Below, one piece after another: positions 16,319 to 24,000 of a DNA stretch of 24,000 nucleotides. The DNA is taken from positions 701,080 through 725,079 of the forward strand of contig NZ_QPGB01000002.1 in NCBI RefSeq assembly GCF_003335215.1, in the 5' to 3' direction. Under the pieces are notes generated by a model that had not been told where the DNA came from, made no database searches, and saw only the letters and a list, made by a program, of their open reading frames with translations. The translations under genes and the position numbers were made by a program. The stretch's first letter is position 1, and each line of letters begins with the position of its first letter. The stretch comes from Parvibium lacunae. GTDB lineage: Bacteria > Pseudomonadota > Gammaproteobacteria > Burkholderiales > Burkholderiaceae_D.

Positions 16319-17055
16319 GCGGCCCCCGCGATCGTGGTGTGAGGACTCTGCCGAGACTCTTGCCGAACAACCCGCTTTTCGAGGCGATCCAGCCGTTCGC
16401 GTAGATCTTGTAGCTGTGCTGGTAAAGCGTGGAATTGTTGCCGAGTCAATAGCGTCCCTTGTTCATGCGCCACATAGTCTTGGACAGTTTCAAACGATCG
16501 TTGCCAACTCAACCTAACCTCGGTCGCCCCTTTGCGCAAAGTAGCCAATGCGGGCGTCAACCACGGCAAAAGAGGCGCACCCAATGGGCCTAACCGGCTC
16601 AACCACTGCGCCAGATCGTGTTCAATATCCCAACGCAAGGTTTGTACCAGTTTGCCAATCAGTTGCGCTAACTCGGCATCTCCGTCCAGCACGACCAGCC
16701 GCATTAATTGGGGCGTTTGTGGCGCGGCAGCGGCCGCCAACCAAGCACTTAAATCTTGCTCGCGCAGCCGCAAACTCAGCGTCGGGGCACGCTCAGTCGG
16801 TAATTGCGCTGGCTCAAGCAAACCCTGCGCACTGATGCAAAAACAGACACACATCGCCCGTGGGAGCGTCAATTGAATTATCTTGCCTGCATGCGCTTGT
16901 AGCGCCACTGTCGCCCAGGGCTCCTGTTGTAACACGTGATTGACCAAACGCAGTGCAATGGCAGCCCCCCCTTGCAGCATGGATGCAGTCATTTGGGCCG
17001 GGTCAACGCCCGGTAGCTTGCCAAGGATAGCGTCAAGGGACATAAATTGATCCAT
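16315..17055 (-). CDS. ubiJ: Ubiquinone biosynthesis accessory factor UbiJ (SCP2-domain, YigP-like)
   Basis: Immediately upstream of ubiB and overlapping it. It has an SCP2-like N-terminal half and a coiled-coil C-terminal tail ([15 protein letters not shown]). The call rests mainly on conserved position. Confidence 0.6.
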   Translation of the reverse strand: MDQFMSLDAILGKLPGVDPAQMTASMLQGGAAIALRLVNHVLQQEPWATVALQAHAGKIIQLTLPRAMCVCFCISAQGLLEPAQLPTERAPTLSLRLREQDLSAWLAAAAAPQTPQLMRLVVLDGDAELAQLIGKLVQTLRWDIEHDLAQWLSRLGPLGAPLLPWLTPALATLRKGATEVRLSWQRSFETVQDYVAHEQGTLLTRQQFHALPAQLQDLRERLDRLEKRVVRQESRQSPHTTIAGAA

Positions 17056-17204
17056 GTAGGTATCGAGGGTGGGCTTGAGAATAGCCCTTTATTGGCCGAA
17101 TAAAAATCGCAACGGTATCTATTTTGACAGAGAAACTGGGTATCGCTCTTACACAGCACTTGATTTCTCTTTGGTCGCTCGCTTTCCATCAGCAGTCCGC
17201 TAAC

Positions 17205-17235
17205 AGTAAAAAACAAAGCTGGGAAAATCCCAGCT
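17205..17235 (-). terminator. Rho-independent terminator downstream of the Tim44-like gene
   Basis: On the minus strand, AGCTGGGA-TTT-TCCCAGCT (perfect 8-bp stem) is followed by TTGTTTTTTAC. Confidence 0.7.
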
Positions 17236-17267
17236 CTGTTAACAAGGTCTCGCTAGACTAGTTGAGC

Positions 17268-18110
17268 TTACTCAGCTTGCTGAATCCCTGCTAAGACCCA
17301 GCCAGCGTCGCCCTTCACGGGTTTACTAAAGTGCCACACTTCATTGATGGCTGTCGCGGGGGCCTCTTTGTCTTCCCGCACCAGCCCGCCGAATTTAACA
17401 CTGGCGGTATACTCACCCCCGAACTTTTCCAAACCTAAAAAGACGGCATTGAGCTGCAAGATATCGGTTTGATTAGCTTTACCTTGACGTTCTTGTATCT
17501 CGGCATAGAGCGCAGTAAACATTTCAGCCGTGGTGAATTCACGCAAGGCATCGTAGTCTGCTTTGTCGTACGCTGCCTGCAAGCGAGTGAAATAGCGTTT
17601 GGCGTGCTCAACAAACGCGGCTTCGTCGAGTTGCTCATCTGCAGCCACTGGCGCACCACCCTGATATTGCATGGGTTGCTCAACATCAGTCATCGCGCGG
17701 CGCTCAAACTGACCAGCAGGGCCTTGTGGGTTTAAGGCAGGCTGCATGCGGCGACGCATAATGAAGCCGATCACAGCAAAAATAATGATGCCAATCAATG
17801 CCATAAGCATCATGCTGGCCAGCTCTTCACCAAACCCAAAATGCGAAGCCAGCGCAGCCAAGCCAAGGCCGGCAGCCAAGCCAGCCACTGGACCGAGCCA
17901 ACGATTACGTTGCGGTTGTGCCGCCGCAGGGTTCGCGGCAGGTGCCGCTTGCTGCGCACCTGGCTGGCGAGCAGGTTCTGCTTGGCGCTGTGTCACATTA
18001 GACTGTTTGCCTACCGATTTCCCACCACCCATCCGCTTGGCTTGGGCTTCTTGCAACCCGAGGCCGAGCGTCAATACAATCACTGACAGCATTAAGCAAA
18101 ACTGTTTCAT
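17268..18110 (-). CDS. Tim44-like domain protein (membrane-anchored, Gly/Ala/Gln-rich linker)
   Basis: A signal/anchor sequence is followed by AKRMGGGKSVGKQ. A TM helix is MLMALIGIIIFAVIGFIM. The C-terminal Tim44-like domain contains FVEHAKRYFTRLQAAYD...EVWHF. It sits between ubiE and ubiJ, as commonly annotated in betaproteobacteria. Confidence 0.75.
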   Translation of the reverse strand: MKQFCLMLSVIVLTLGLGLQEAQAKRMGGGKSVGKQSNVTQRQAEPARQPGAQQAAPAANPAAAQPQRNRWLGPVAGLAAGLGLAALASHFGFGEELASMMLMALIGIIIFAVIGFIMRRRMQPALNPQGPAGQFERRAMTDVEQPMQYQGGAPVAADEQLDEAAFVEHAKRYFTRLQAAYDKADYDALREFTTAEMFTALYAEIQERQGKANQTDILQLNAVFLGLEKFGGEYTASVKFGGLVREDKEAPATAINEVWHFSKPVKGDAGWVLAGIQQAE

Positions 18111-18193
18111 ACGATTCCTCTCTTCGTTTATTCCTTAGCAGTACCGCCCTAACCATTGTCTAGAACCTGTCTAGGCAAATTGCTCGGGTTTGA

Positions 18194-18934
18194 CTAGTCA
18201 AGTTTTGTTCCCTCGTGTAATGCGACAACACCCGCACTGAGATTGAAATATTCGACCAGAGAAAAGCCGACTTGTTCCATCATTTTTTTTAATTCTTCTT
18301 GTTTGGGGTGCATTCGAATCGATTCAGCCAAGTACTGGTAACTGGCGCTATCGGCCGCAATTTTTTGCCCCAGCCAGGGTAAAACTTTGAATGAATAGGC
18401 ATCATAGGGTTTTTGGAGTGCCGCCCAGACTTGCGAAAACTCCAGAACCAAGAGCTTGCCGCCCGGCTTCAAAACCCGATACATTTCGGCCAGCGCCGCG
18501 TCTTTATGCGTCATGTTGCGCAAACCAAAAGCAACGCTCACGCGGTCAAAGTAAGCCGAGGGAAAAGGCAGATTCTCAGCATCGCAGCGTGTTACAGGAT
18601 TTAGTTTACCCTCATCCAAAAGACGGTCCCGCCCCACCCGCAGCATTGATTCATTAATGTCAGTGAGCCACACCTCGCCTCGCCCCTTTAATTGCTGGCT
18701 GAACGCACGGGCCAAATCCCCCGTGCCCCCCGCAATGTCCAACACACGCATCCCCGGGCGCAAGTTAGCCCGCCCAACAGTAAAGGCCTTCCAGAGCCGG
18801 TGTAAGCCAAAGGACATCACATCATTCATGACGTCATATTTCTGCGCAACGGCATGAAAAACCTCGGCAACTTTGCTGGCTTTTTCTTCGGTAGAGACGG
18901 TTTTGAACCCGAAATGGGTTTGTGATTCACTCAT
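18194..18934 (-). CDS. ubiE: Ubiquinone/menaquinone biosynthesis C-methyltransferase UbiE
   Basis: [11 protein letters not shown]...[23 protein letters not shown] and the SAM motif [12 protein letters not shown] are present, along with [10 protein letters not shown] and [13 protein letters not shown]. Confidence 0.9.
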   Translation of the reverse strand: MSESQTHFGFKTVSTEEKASKVAEVFHAVAQKYDVMNDVMSFGLHRLWKAFTVGRANLRPGMRVLDIAGGTGDLARAFSQQLKGRGEVWLTDINESMLRVGRDRLLDEGKLNPVTRCDAENLPFPSAYFDRVSVAFGLRNMTHKDAALAEMYRVLKPGGKLLVLEFSQVWAALQKPYDAYSFKVLPWLGQKIAADSASYQYLAESIRMHPKQEELKKMMEQVGFSLVEYFNLSAGVVALHEGTKLD

Positions 18935-18955
18935 ACATATCCTTATTGCGTGGTG

Positions 18956-19336
18956 CTATGACAAGTCACGACTCGCACCGACCCGGTCGAGACGTTGCAA
19001 ATAGTCTTGCCAACGTGCCTCTTGTTGGTGACCCAATTTATACAGATAAGGCCAAGTATATAGCCCGGTGTCATGGCCATCCGAGAAAATCAACTTTAGC
19101 GCGTAATGCCCTACCGGCTCTATTGCGGTGATCTTGACCTGGCGTTTGCCTGTCTGCAAGATCGCCTGCTCGGGACTATGGCCCTGGACCTCTGCAGAGG
19201 GCGAGTAAACCCGTAAATATTCTGCAGGGAGTCGGTAGCGAAGGGGTTGCCCTTCAATCGAGGATTGAAAGGTAATTTCAAGGACTTGTGACTGAGTATG
19301 CAGCACAATATCAATCGGTTGTAACATTTCCGTCAT
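18956..19336 (-). CDS. DUF971 (gamma-butyrobetaine hydroxylase-like N-terminal domain) protein
   Basis: LPAEYLRVYSPSAEVQGH...I..IEPVGHYALKLIFSDGHDTGLYTWPYLY is the characteristic DUF971 pattern. Confidence 0.7.
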   Translation of the reverse strand: MTEMLQPIDIVLHTQSQVLEITFQSSIEGQPLRYRLPAEYLRVYSPSAEVQGHSPEQAILQTGKRQVKITAIEPVGHYALKLIFSDGHDTGLYTWPYLYKLGHQQEARWQDYLQRLDRVGASRDLS

Positions 19337-19387
19337 GATTATTTAATAAACTCGCGATTCATTATTGCCAAATGTATAGATCAAGCC

Positions 19388-20092
19388 ATGCCTAGTACGA
19401 TACTCGTTGTGGAAGATGAACCCGCGATTGCGGAGTTAATCGCCGTTAATCTTAGCTTCGCCGGCCATAAAGTCCTGCGCGCAACGGATGCTGAGCAAGC
19501 CACCATTCTGGTTCGCGCAGAGCTGCCCGATCTGGTGCTACTGGACTGGATGCTCCCTGGTCAGAGCGGAGTCCATTTTGCCCGTCATTTGCGGCAAGAT
19601 GAGCGGACCCGAGGGGTGCCCATTATCATGCTCACCGCTCGTACCAGTGAACAAGATAAGGTGGATGGGCTGGAAGCCGGCGCCGACGACTATATTACCA
19701 AACCGTTTTCACCTAAAGAGTTACTGGCTCGGATCAAAGCGGTGTTGCGACGACGCGCCCCCCAGCTCACGGATGATACGGTTGAAGTTGCCGGCTTACG
19801 GCTTGATCCGATTACCCATCGAGTGCAAGGCAATGGCCAAGTACTAGAGATTGGCCCCACAGAATTCAGATTGCTTCATTTTTTTATGACCCATCCAGAG
19901 CGCGTTCATTCGCGCAATCAACTCCTGGATCAAGTCTGGGGGGATCATGTCTTTGTCGAGGAGCGGACAGTTGACGTTCATATTCGTCGCCTGCGCCAAT
20001 CGCTGTCACCCAGCGGCCACGATAGCTTGATCGAGACTGTGCGCGGCAGTGGCTATCGGCTCAGTGCAACCTCCGCTACCCCAAGCGTCTAA
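19388..20092 (+). CDS. phoB: Phosphate regulon response regulator PhoB (OmpR family)
   Basis: It is near-collinear with E. coli PhoB. Matching blocks are ILVVEDE, DLVLLDWMLPG.SG, MLTAR, GADDYITKPFSPKELLARIKAVLRR, GPTEFRLLHFFMTHPERV, EERTVDVHIRRLR and VRGSGYR. Confidence 0.9.
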   Translation: MPSTILVVEDEPAIAELIAVNLSFAGHKVLRATDAEQATILVRAELPDLVLLDWMLPGQSGVHFARHLRQDERTRGVPIIMLTARTSEQDKVDGLEAGADDYITKPFSPKELLARIKAVLRRRAPQLTDDTVEVAGLRLDPITHRVQGNGQVLEIGPTEFRLLHFFMTHPERVHSRNQLLDQVWGDHVFVEERTVDVHIRRLRQSLSPSGHDSLIETVRGSGYRLSATSATPSV

Positions 20093-20192
20093 GGCAATAG
20101 ATTGAGCGCTAAACGCACTCAAAGCTAAACAATGGGTGGCAAGGGCGGTGAGCGGCTGTGCGGATTAGCAGCGTAACATCACACCTGCATGG

Positions 20193-21797
20193 CTAAAATT
20201 TAACAATAAGTGCGCCATGGGCTTTGTAGGCCCCATTACGCAAATCTGGGGTGTTATCTACCGTATAAGCCCCTTGAGTGACCGTTCCGTAATCAAGCGA
20301 CAAAGACACATCCTGACGTAACGTCCAACGCAAACCCAAGCCCACGCTTTGCATCGATTCGTTCGTCCGTTGTGGGGCGACTGCTGGTTGCCGACGCAAC
20401 TGTGCCATATCAATAAACGCAAGAAAACGCAGCCGATTTTTCCAATATGCTGGTGTGTATAACTCGAACGATGTAGTGACACCACGATCACCACTCAGCA
20501 CCCGCTCATCCACCCCACGCAGAGACGTCACTCCACCAACACCGAATTGTTCGCCGGCAATTAAGGCGTCCGGCGAGTACTGACCACGCAGACGGTTGGC
20601 GAGCATCCACCCCTTGGGCAAGAGAAAATTGATATCCGCGCCAACGCGATATGCTTCCCATTTCTGGCCACTGGTTGCCCCGCGGGCCGCACTATAGGCT
20701 GCATCGGTGTTCGACGCCCCGCCACCAGAAAGGTTTTGCACCCAATCCGTATTAAATAACCAGCTGGTCGACGCCGACTCATAGCGGCCTTGATAGCTCA
20801 GCGTGAGAGGGCGGGCACGCACATCAGGACTTAGTTCAATCCCAAACAACTCAATTCGGCGGAAATATTTCTCTTCAATGGTCAAGCTCAGGTTGGAGCG
20901 ATAAGGCCCTTTGGGGACGAATTGCTGAGTGTAGCCGAGGCTGGTGATCGTCCCTCGGCCCGTAATATTCAGGCCCGATCCGAGTGCGCCACTGTCAGTG
21001 GATGAATAGCTATGGGCTGCATTCAAGCTCCCTCCGAGACTATAGAGCGGCATGCGATATTGCGCCGCATACTGAATCACGTTTTGACCTTTTTCTGGCG
21101 ACGAAGCGTAGCTGAGGGTCAAGCTATGGTCGCGATTAAATAAATTGTGGTGTTGCAGCGCCGTGGTGATGCGGGTGCGACCGGTTTCGCGTGTTCCCGT
21201 ATTGTTGGCGACGATAACCGCATTCCAAGGGCGCTGATCTTTCACTTGCACGACCGCATCAACCGTGTCAGGTTGCTCGCCTTCCTGTAAATTGATCGCA
21301 GCTTGTTTCGCCGCATTTTCATTGGCCAGCGCCAATTCACGCGATAGATTGAGTAGGTTTGGACTACTATTCGCCTGCAGCGTGGGTAGGCTGGCGCGGA
21401 TATTCTTTTCGTCAAAGAAACGACTGCCACGCACGGCAATTGTCCCAATTTTAAATGTCACGACACGCAAACGAACGACCCCCGCCGTGCTCTGCGGAGG
21501 CAAAACTACCCGATGAAGGGTATAGCCAGCACTCAACAAGGCCTTTTCCAGTGCTTGGGTTGCGGCATCCAGCCGCTCTAGTCCGACATGCTCGCCAGTG
21601 TACGGCTGCAATATCGCTTGAGTCCGGGCAGCATCAAGAGGATTCGCCCCTTCTACTTCAAAGCGCTGTACCATGAATCGAATTTCTGCTGGCTGAGCGA
21701 GTAGGGTAGGCGTGCTTTGTGCCAAGCTGAAACTGCCATACAACACGACAAAAGAAAACACCGGGAGTCGGCAGAGGAAAGTGGTTTTGCTCATCAT
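20193..21797 (-). CDS. ShlB/FhaC/HecB-family two-partner-secretion transporter (TpsB, Omp85 superfamily)
   Basis: It has a signal peptide (..SFSLAQS). POTRA-like segments are FMVQRFEVEGANPLD and VVTFKIGTIAVRGSRFFDEKNIRASLP. The L6-type motif is SLRGVDERVLSGDRG. A long beta-barrel ends in ..LIVKF. The start is 2 nt after the stop of the upstream FecR gene. Confidence 0.85.
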   Translation of the reverse strand: MMSKTTFLCRLPVFSFVVLYGSFSLAQSTPTLLAQPAEIRFMVQRFEVEGANPLDAARTQAILQPYTGEHVGLERLDAATQALEKALLSAGYTLHRVVLPPQSTAGVVRLRVVTFKIGTIAVRGSRFFDEKNIRASLPTLQANSSPNLLNLSRELALANENAAKQAAINLQEGEQPDTVDAVVQVKDQRPWNAVIVANNTGTRETGRTRITTALQHHNLFNRDHSLTLSYASSPEKGQNVIQYAAQYRMPLYSLGGSLNAAHSYSSTDSGALGSGLNITGRGTITSLGYTQQFVPKGPYRSNLSLTIEEKYFRRIELFGIELSPDVRARPLTLSYQGRYESASTSWLFNTDWVQNLSGGGASNTDAAYSAARGATSGQKWEAYRVGADINFLLPKGWMLANRLRGQYSPDALIAGEQFGVGGVTSLRGVDERVLSGDRGVTTSFELYTPAYWKNRLRFLAFIDMAQLRRQPAVAPQRTNESMQSVGLGLRWTLRQDVSLSLDYGTVTQGAYTVDNTPDLRNGAYKAHGALIVKF

Positions 21798-21799
21798 AA

Positions 21800-22834
21800 T
21801 TACTGACAGTTTACGGGAAAATGCCCGCTGGTTCGGGCCACTTCCCCACGCGATGGGGCTTGCATCTGTTGATATTTAGGCAAAGATTTCGCCACACGTT
21901 CAACTTGTTGCAATCCCGCCATACCTCGATCTGGATCGACAAACCCCATTCCAGAAAGAGACTCGGTAGCAGGCATGCCGCCACCCAAAAAATCAGGAGG
22001 CATCTGTGACAGCCCAGGCGCAGCGGGGGCGCCTGGGCCACCACTAGCGTATCCATGTTGCCCGTAGCGAGGTACGCAAGGGGGCCCGACACTTGACATA
22101 TTGACCGGGACGCCATCTGGTCGAGGAGTGCTAAATTGGAGCACGCGGGGCAAGGGGATAATTTGCGGCGGCATATTTGGCCGATTGTAATTTGCGCTTT
22201 GTCCTTGCAAGATTAACAGTGCTGGATAAGTCGCTGCTGGCTCCAAAGTAATGCTGCCCAGCCAGACGTGAGCAGACAAACCTGCCCCCTCTTCAGGATC
22301 ATCGTCATCACTTACATAATCTGGGTCTGCACAACGCTTTGTACAACTCAGATCAAAGCCCGTACCCCGAATACCAATGGTGGCGGTCGGTGTTGTAATC
22401 CGAACATTCTGGGGTCGAGCTTTGGCAATCAATCCAGTCAGCATACGCAATCCACCGCGGAATAGCTCCGTTACGAACTGTCCATTTTTCGGCTGCTTAG
22501 CCAAATAATTCAGCACTTGCAACTTAAGGACAGATTCTGGTTGCAGAGTCACTTTCGTTTCATCTTCAAATACTAATACGGCGTAGGCGCCCTCGTCCCC
22601 TGTTTCAACCAGCTCTTCTTGATAGAGAGGGCTACCCACTTTGAGCTCTCGAGATACCTTGTTCTTATCCCAAGCCAGTACTTCGCCATACACTCGAACT
22701 ACCCACGCCACAGGCTTCGATTCAGCTGCAGAACGCGTAGTTTTAGATTGCGCAGACACTTGCCCGCCAACAGGGCATAAGACCCCCAAAAATAACGGCA
22801 AGATAAACCGAGCAAACATAATGCTCAACGGCAT
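21800..22834 (-). CDS. FecR-domain protein with signal peptide and a Gly/Pro-rich C-terminal region
   Basis: The signal peptide is MFARFILPLFLGVLCPVGGQVSAQS. FecR-like blocks are GSPLYQEELVETGDEGAYAVLVFEDETKVTLQPESVLKL and TPTATIGIRGTGFDLSC. The start is either ATG 22834, which overlaps the upstream stop by 10 nt, or ATG 22819. Confidence 0.75.
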   Translation of the reverse strand: MPLSIMFARFILPLFLGVLCPVGGQVSAQSKTTRSAAESKPVAWVVRVYGEVLAWDKNKVSRELKVGSPLYQEELVETGDEGAYAVLVFEDETKVTLQPESVLKLQVLNYLAKQPKNGQFVTELFRGGLRMLTGLIAKARPQNVRITTPTATIGIRGTGFDLSCTKRCADPDYVSDDDDPEEGAGLSAHVWLGSITLEPAATYPALLILQGQSANYNRPNMPPQIIPLPRVLQFSTPRPDGVPVNMSSVGPPCVPRYGQHGYASGGPGAPAAPGLSQMPPDFLGGGMPATESLSGMGFVDPDRGMAGLQQVERVAKSLPKYQQMQAPSRGEVARTSGHFPVNCQ

Positions 22835-24000
22835 TCTCGTCGTGGGCCAAGCACCTTATCCATAACCTCTTGCAGACGAATATTGCGTCCCAGCGTTTGA
22901 TTCGGTTGCGGGATACGGTCAAACTCTAAAAAGACAGGAATGCGGTCAGGGCGCAAAGGAACACGACCATCCCCTACATACCCAATTTCTCCTTTACCTA
23001 AGTCAACAGTCTGCTCCCCTTGCGTTAATACGACGTGCCCATCTCGCACGACCACATAGAGCCCAGGTCGATTTTGATCATGTTGCTGCAGTCCAAATAA
23101 TTGCTGCAGGTTGACCGGTAAGGTATCCGGGCGTGGCGCCTGTCCGCCGCCTAGTGGCGCTGGCAACAACTGCGGCTGCCCGAAGCTGGGTTGCCACTGC
23201 GCTGTCTGACCTTGGCTAATGGTGAAGGGTTGGAACTGGTTTTCGCGCGGCTGCAAGACCACGCTACCCAGCCAAACATGGGTGGTTAAGCCCTCTGGCG
23301 TTCCGTTGTTAGGAGGGGTATCCGCATCCGCCGCGCAGCTGCCTTGGCAATCCACGTCGAAACCTGTGCCGCGAATACCAATGGTTGCGGTACGTGTTTG
23401 TATCGCGACTTGATTCGGATTCGCGCGTGCAATCAAGCCCGTTAATGCCCGCAAGCCACCGCGCAGCAAATTCACCAAAAACCGACCTTCCGCCGGTTGC
23501 GCCTGGTCGTACACATATTGCTCTAATCGCAAGCGGGTATTGGGCTGAATGCTCAAGCGGCTGTCGTCACGAAAAGCCAAAACGACATAGGACTCCCGCC
23601 CACGGGTTTCAACCAGATCGCCCACATACAACGGACCGCCTAAAGCGAGTTTTCTAGCCTCGCCCTGGGGCGATGTCACCATGACCTCGCCAACGAGTTG
23701 GACCACGCGGGCACTGACCTGCTGCGAGACTTTTTCACTGGTTTGAGCTAATTGGGTATTTTCACGCGCACAGTCCTGTTGACACAGCCGCGCATCAAAA
23801 TCCGTACCCCGTATGCCGATTGTGGCGGTTGGGGTTTCAATGCGAGCCGCACCGCTTGCTTGTTTGGGCAACAGTCCCGTAATTGTTCGCAAGCCCCCTT
23901 TTAGCAATTGCAGAACCATGCTGCTGGCCCCAGCGTCGCTGGATGTCTGCGCTCCATTTTTGCTGGTACTGGTACTGGTAGCCATGCTCTCCTGAAAGCG
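22825..24000 (-). CDS. Multi-module FecR-repeat protein, probably 5'-truncated by the window edge
   Basis: It contains one complete FecR-like module (aa 91-216 counted from ATG 23985) preceded by only the C-terminal half of another. It has no signal peptide. The frame stays open upstream of ATG 23985 to base 24000 (reads RFQES-M...). That upstream residue pattern aligns with the LEQY / LQVLNY segment of the complete modules. Confidence 0.7.
   Translation of the reverse strand, partial: RFQESMATSTSTSKNGAQTSSDAGASSMVLQLLKGGLRTITGLLPKQASGAARIETPTATIGIRGTDFDARLCQQDCARENTQLAQTSEKVSQQVSARVVQLVGEVMVTSPQGEARKLALGGPLYVGDLVETRGRESYVVLAFRDDSRLSIQPNTRLRLEQYVYDQAQPAEGRFLVNLLRGGLRALTGLIARANPNQVAIQTRTATIGIRGTGFDVDCQGSCAADADTPPNNGTPEGLTTHVWLGSVVLQPRENQFQPFTISQGQTAQWQPSFGQPQLLPAPLGGGQAPRPDTLPVNLQQLFGLQQHDQNRPGLYVVVRDGHVVLTQGEQTVDLGKGEIGYVGDGRVPLRPDRIPVFLEFDRIPQPNQTLGRNIRLQEVMDKVLGPRRECR

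Noticed and set aside
19337-19387. Pho box upstream of phoB
   Set aside because: There are no CTGTCAT-type 7-bp direct repeats with 4-bp AT spacers in the 51-nt divergent region. I cannot support an autoregulatory site from the sequence.
20093-20192. Hairpin TTGAGCGC-TAAA-CGCACTCAA after phoB as an intrinsic terminator
   Set aside because: The stem is imperfect and no U-tract follows. It is too weak to call.
1-24000. CRISPR arrays, tRNA or rRNA genes, insertion sequences and classical defence systems
   Set aside because: I noticed no regularly spaced direct repeats, cloverleaf-like segments, transposase or integrase-cassette ORFs, or nuclease/helicase/methylase gene sets while reading both strands. 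The only toxin-antitoxin-type module is vapBC.

Overview
The window looks like a chromosomal segment of a proteobacterium with roughly mid-50s % GC. I infer a betaproteobacterium from the ubiE / Tim44-like / ubiJ / ubiB gene order and the HslV N-terminus MEQYHGTT. I saw no rRNA, tRNA, CRISPR array, transposase or phage genes.

Gene order, left to right:
- Plus strand: dapF (3' part), a DUF484 gene, an unknown 192-aa ORF, vapB-vapC, xerC and rlmI.
- A Zn-limitation-type cluster: a COG0523 GTPase with a His-rich linker, a Cys-depleted DksA2-like protein, a small His-containing membrane protein and a TonB-dependent receptor.
- An orphan 535-aa protein with a disordered Ser/Arg/Pro-rich N-terminus and a duplicated helical-plus-STAS module, followed by hslV-hslU, which has a sigma32-like promoter.
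- Minus strand: a frameshifted sodium:solute symporter, ubiB, ubiJ, a Tim44-like gene, ubiE and a DUF971 gene.
- Plus strand: phoB, with no phoR downstream.
- Minus strand: a tightly coupled operon of a multi-module FecR-repeat protein (open at the window edge), a FecR-domain paralog and a ShlB/FhaC-type TpsB outer-membrane transporter.

The most unusual content is that FecR-repeat / TpsB operon, because no classical TpsA cargo is in view. Next are the duplicated STAS protein, the Zn-sparing island with a one-cysteine DksA, and the vapBC plus unknown ORF wedged into the conserved dapF-DUF484-xerC operon.

All family assignments come from motif recognition by eye. No database search was run.
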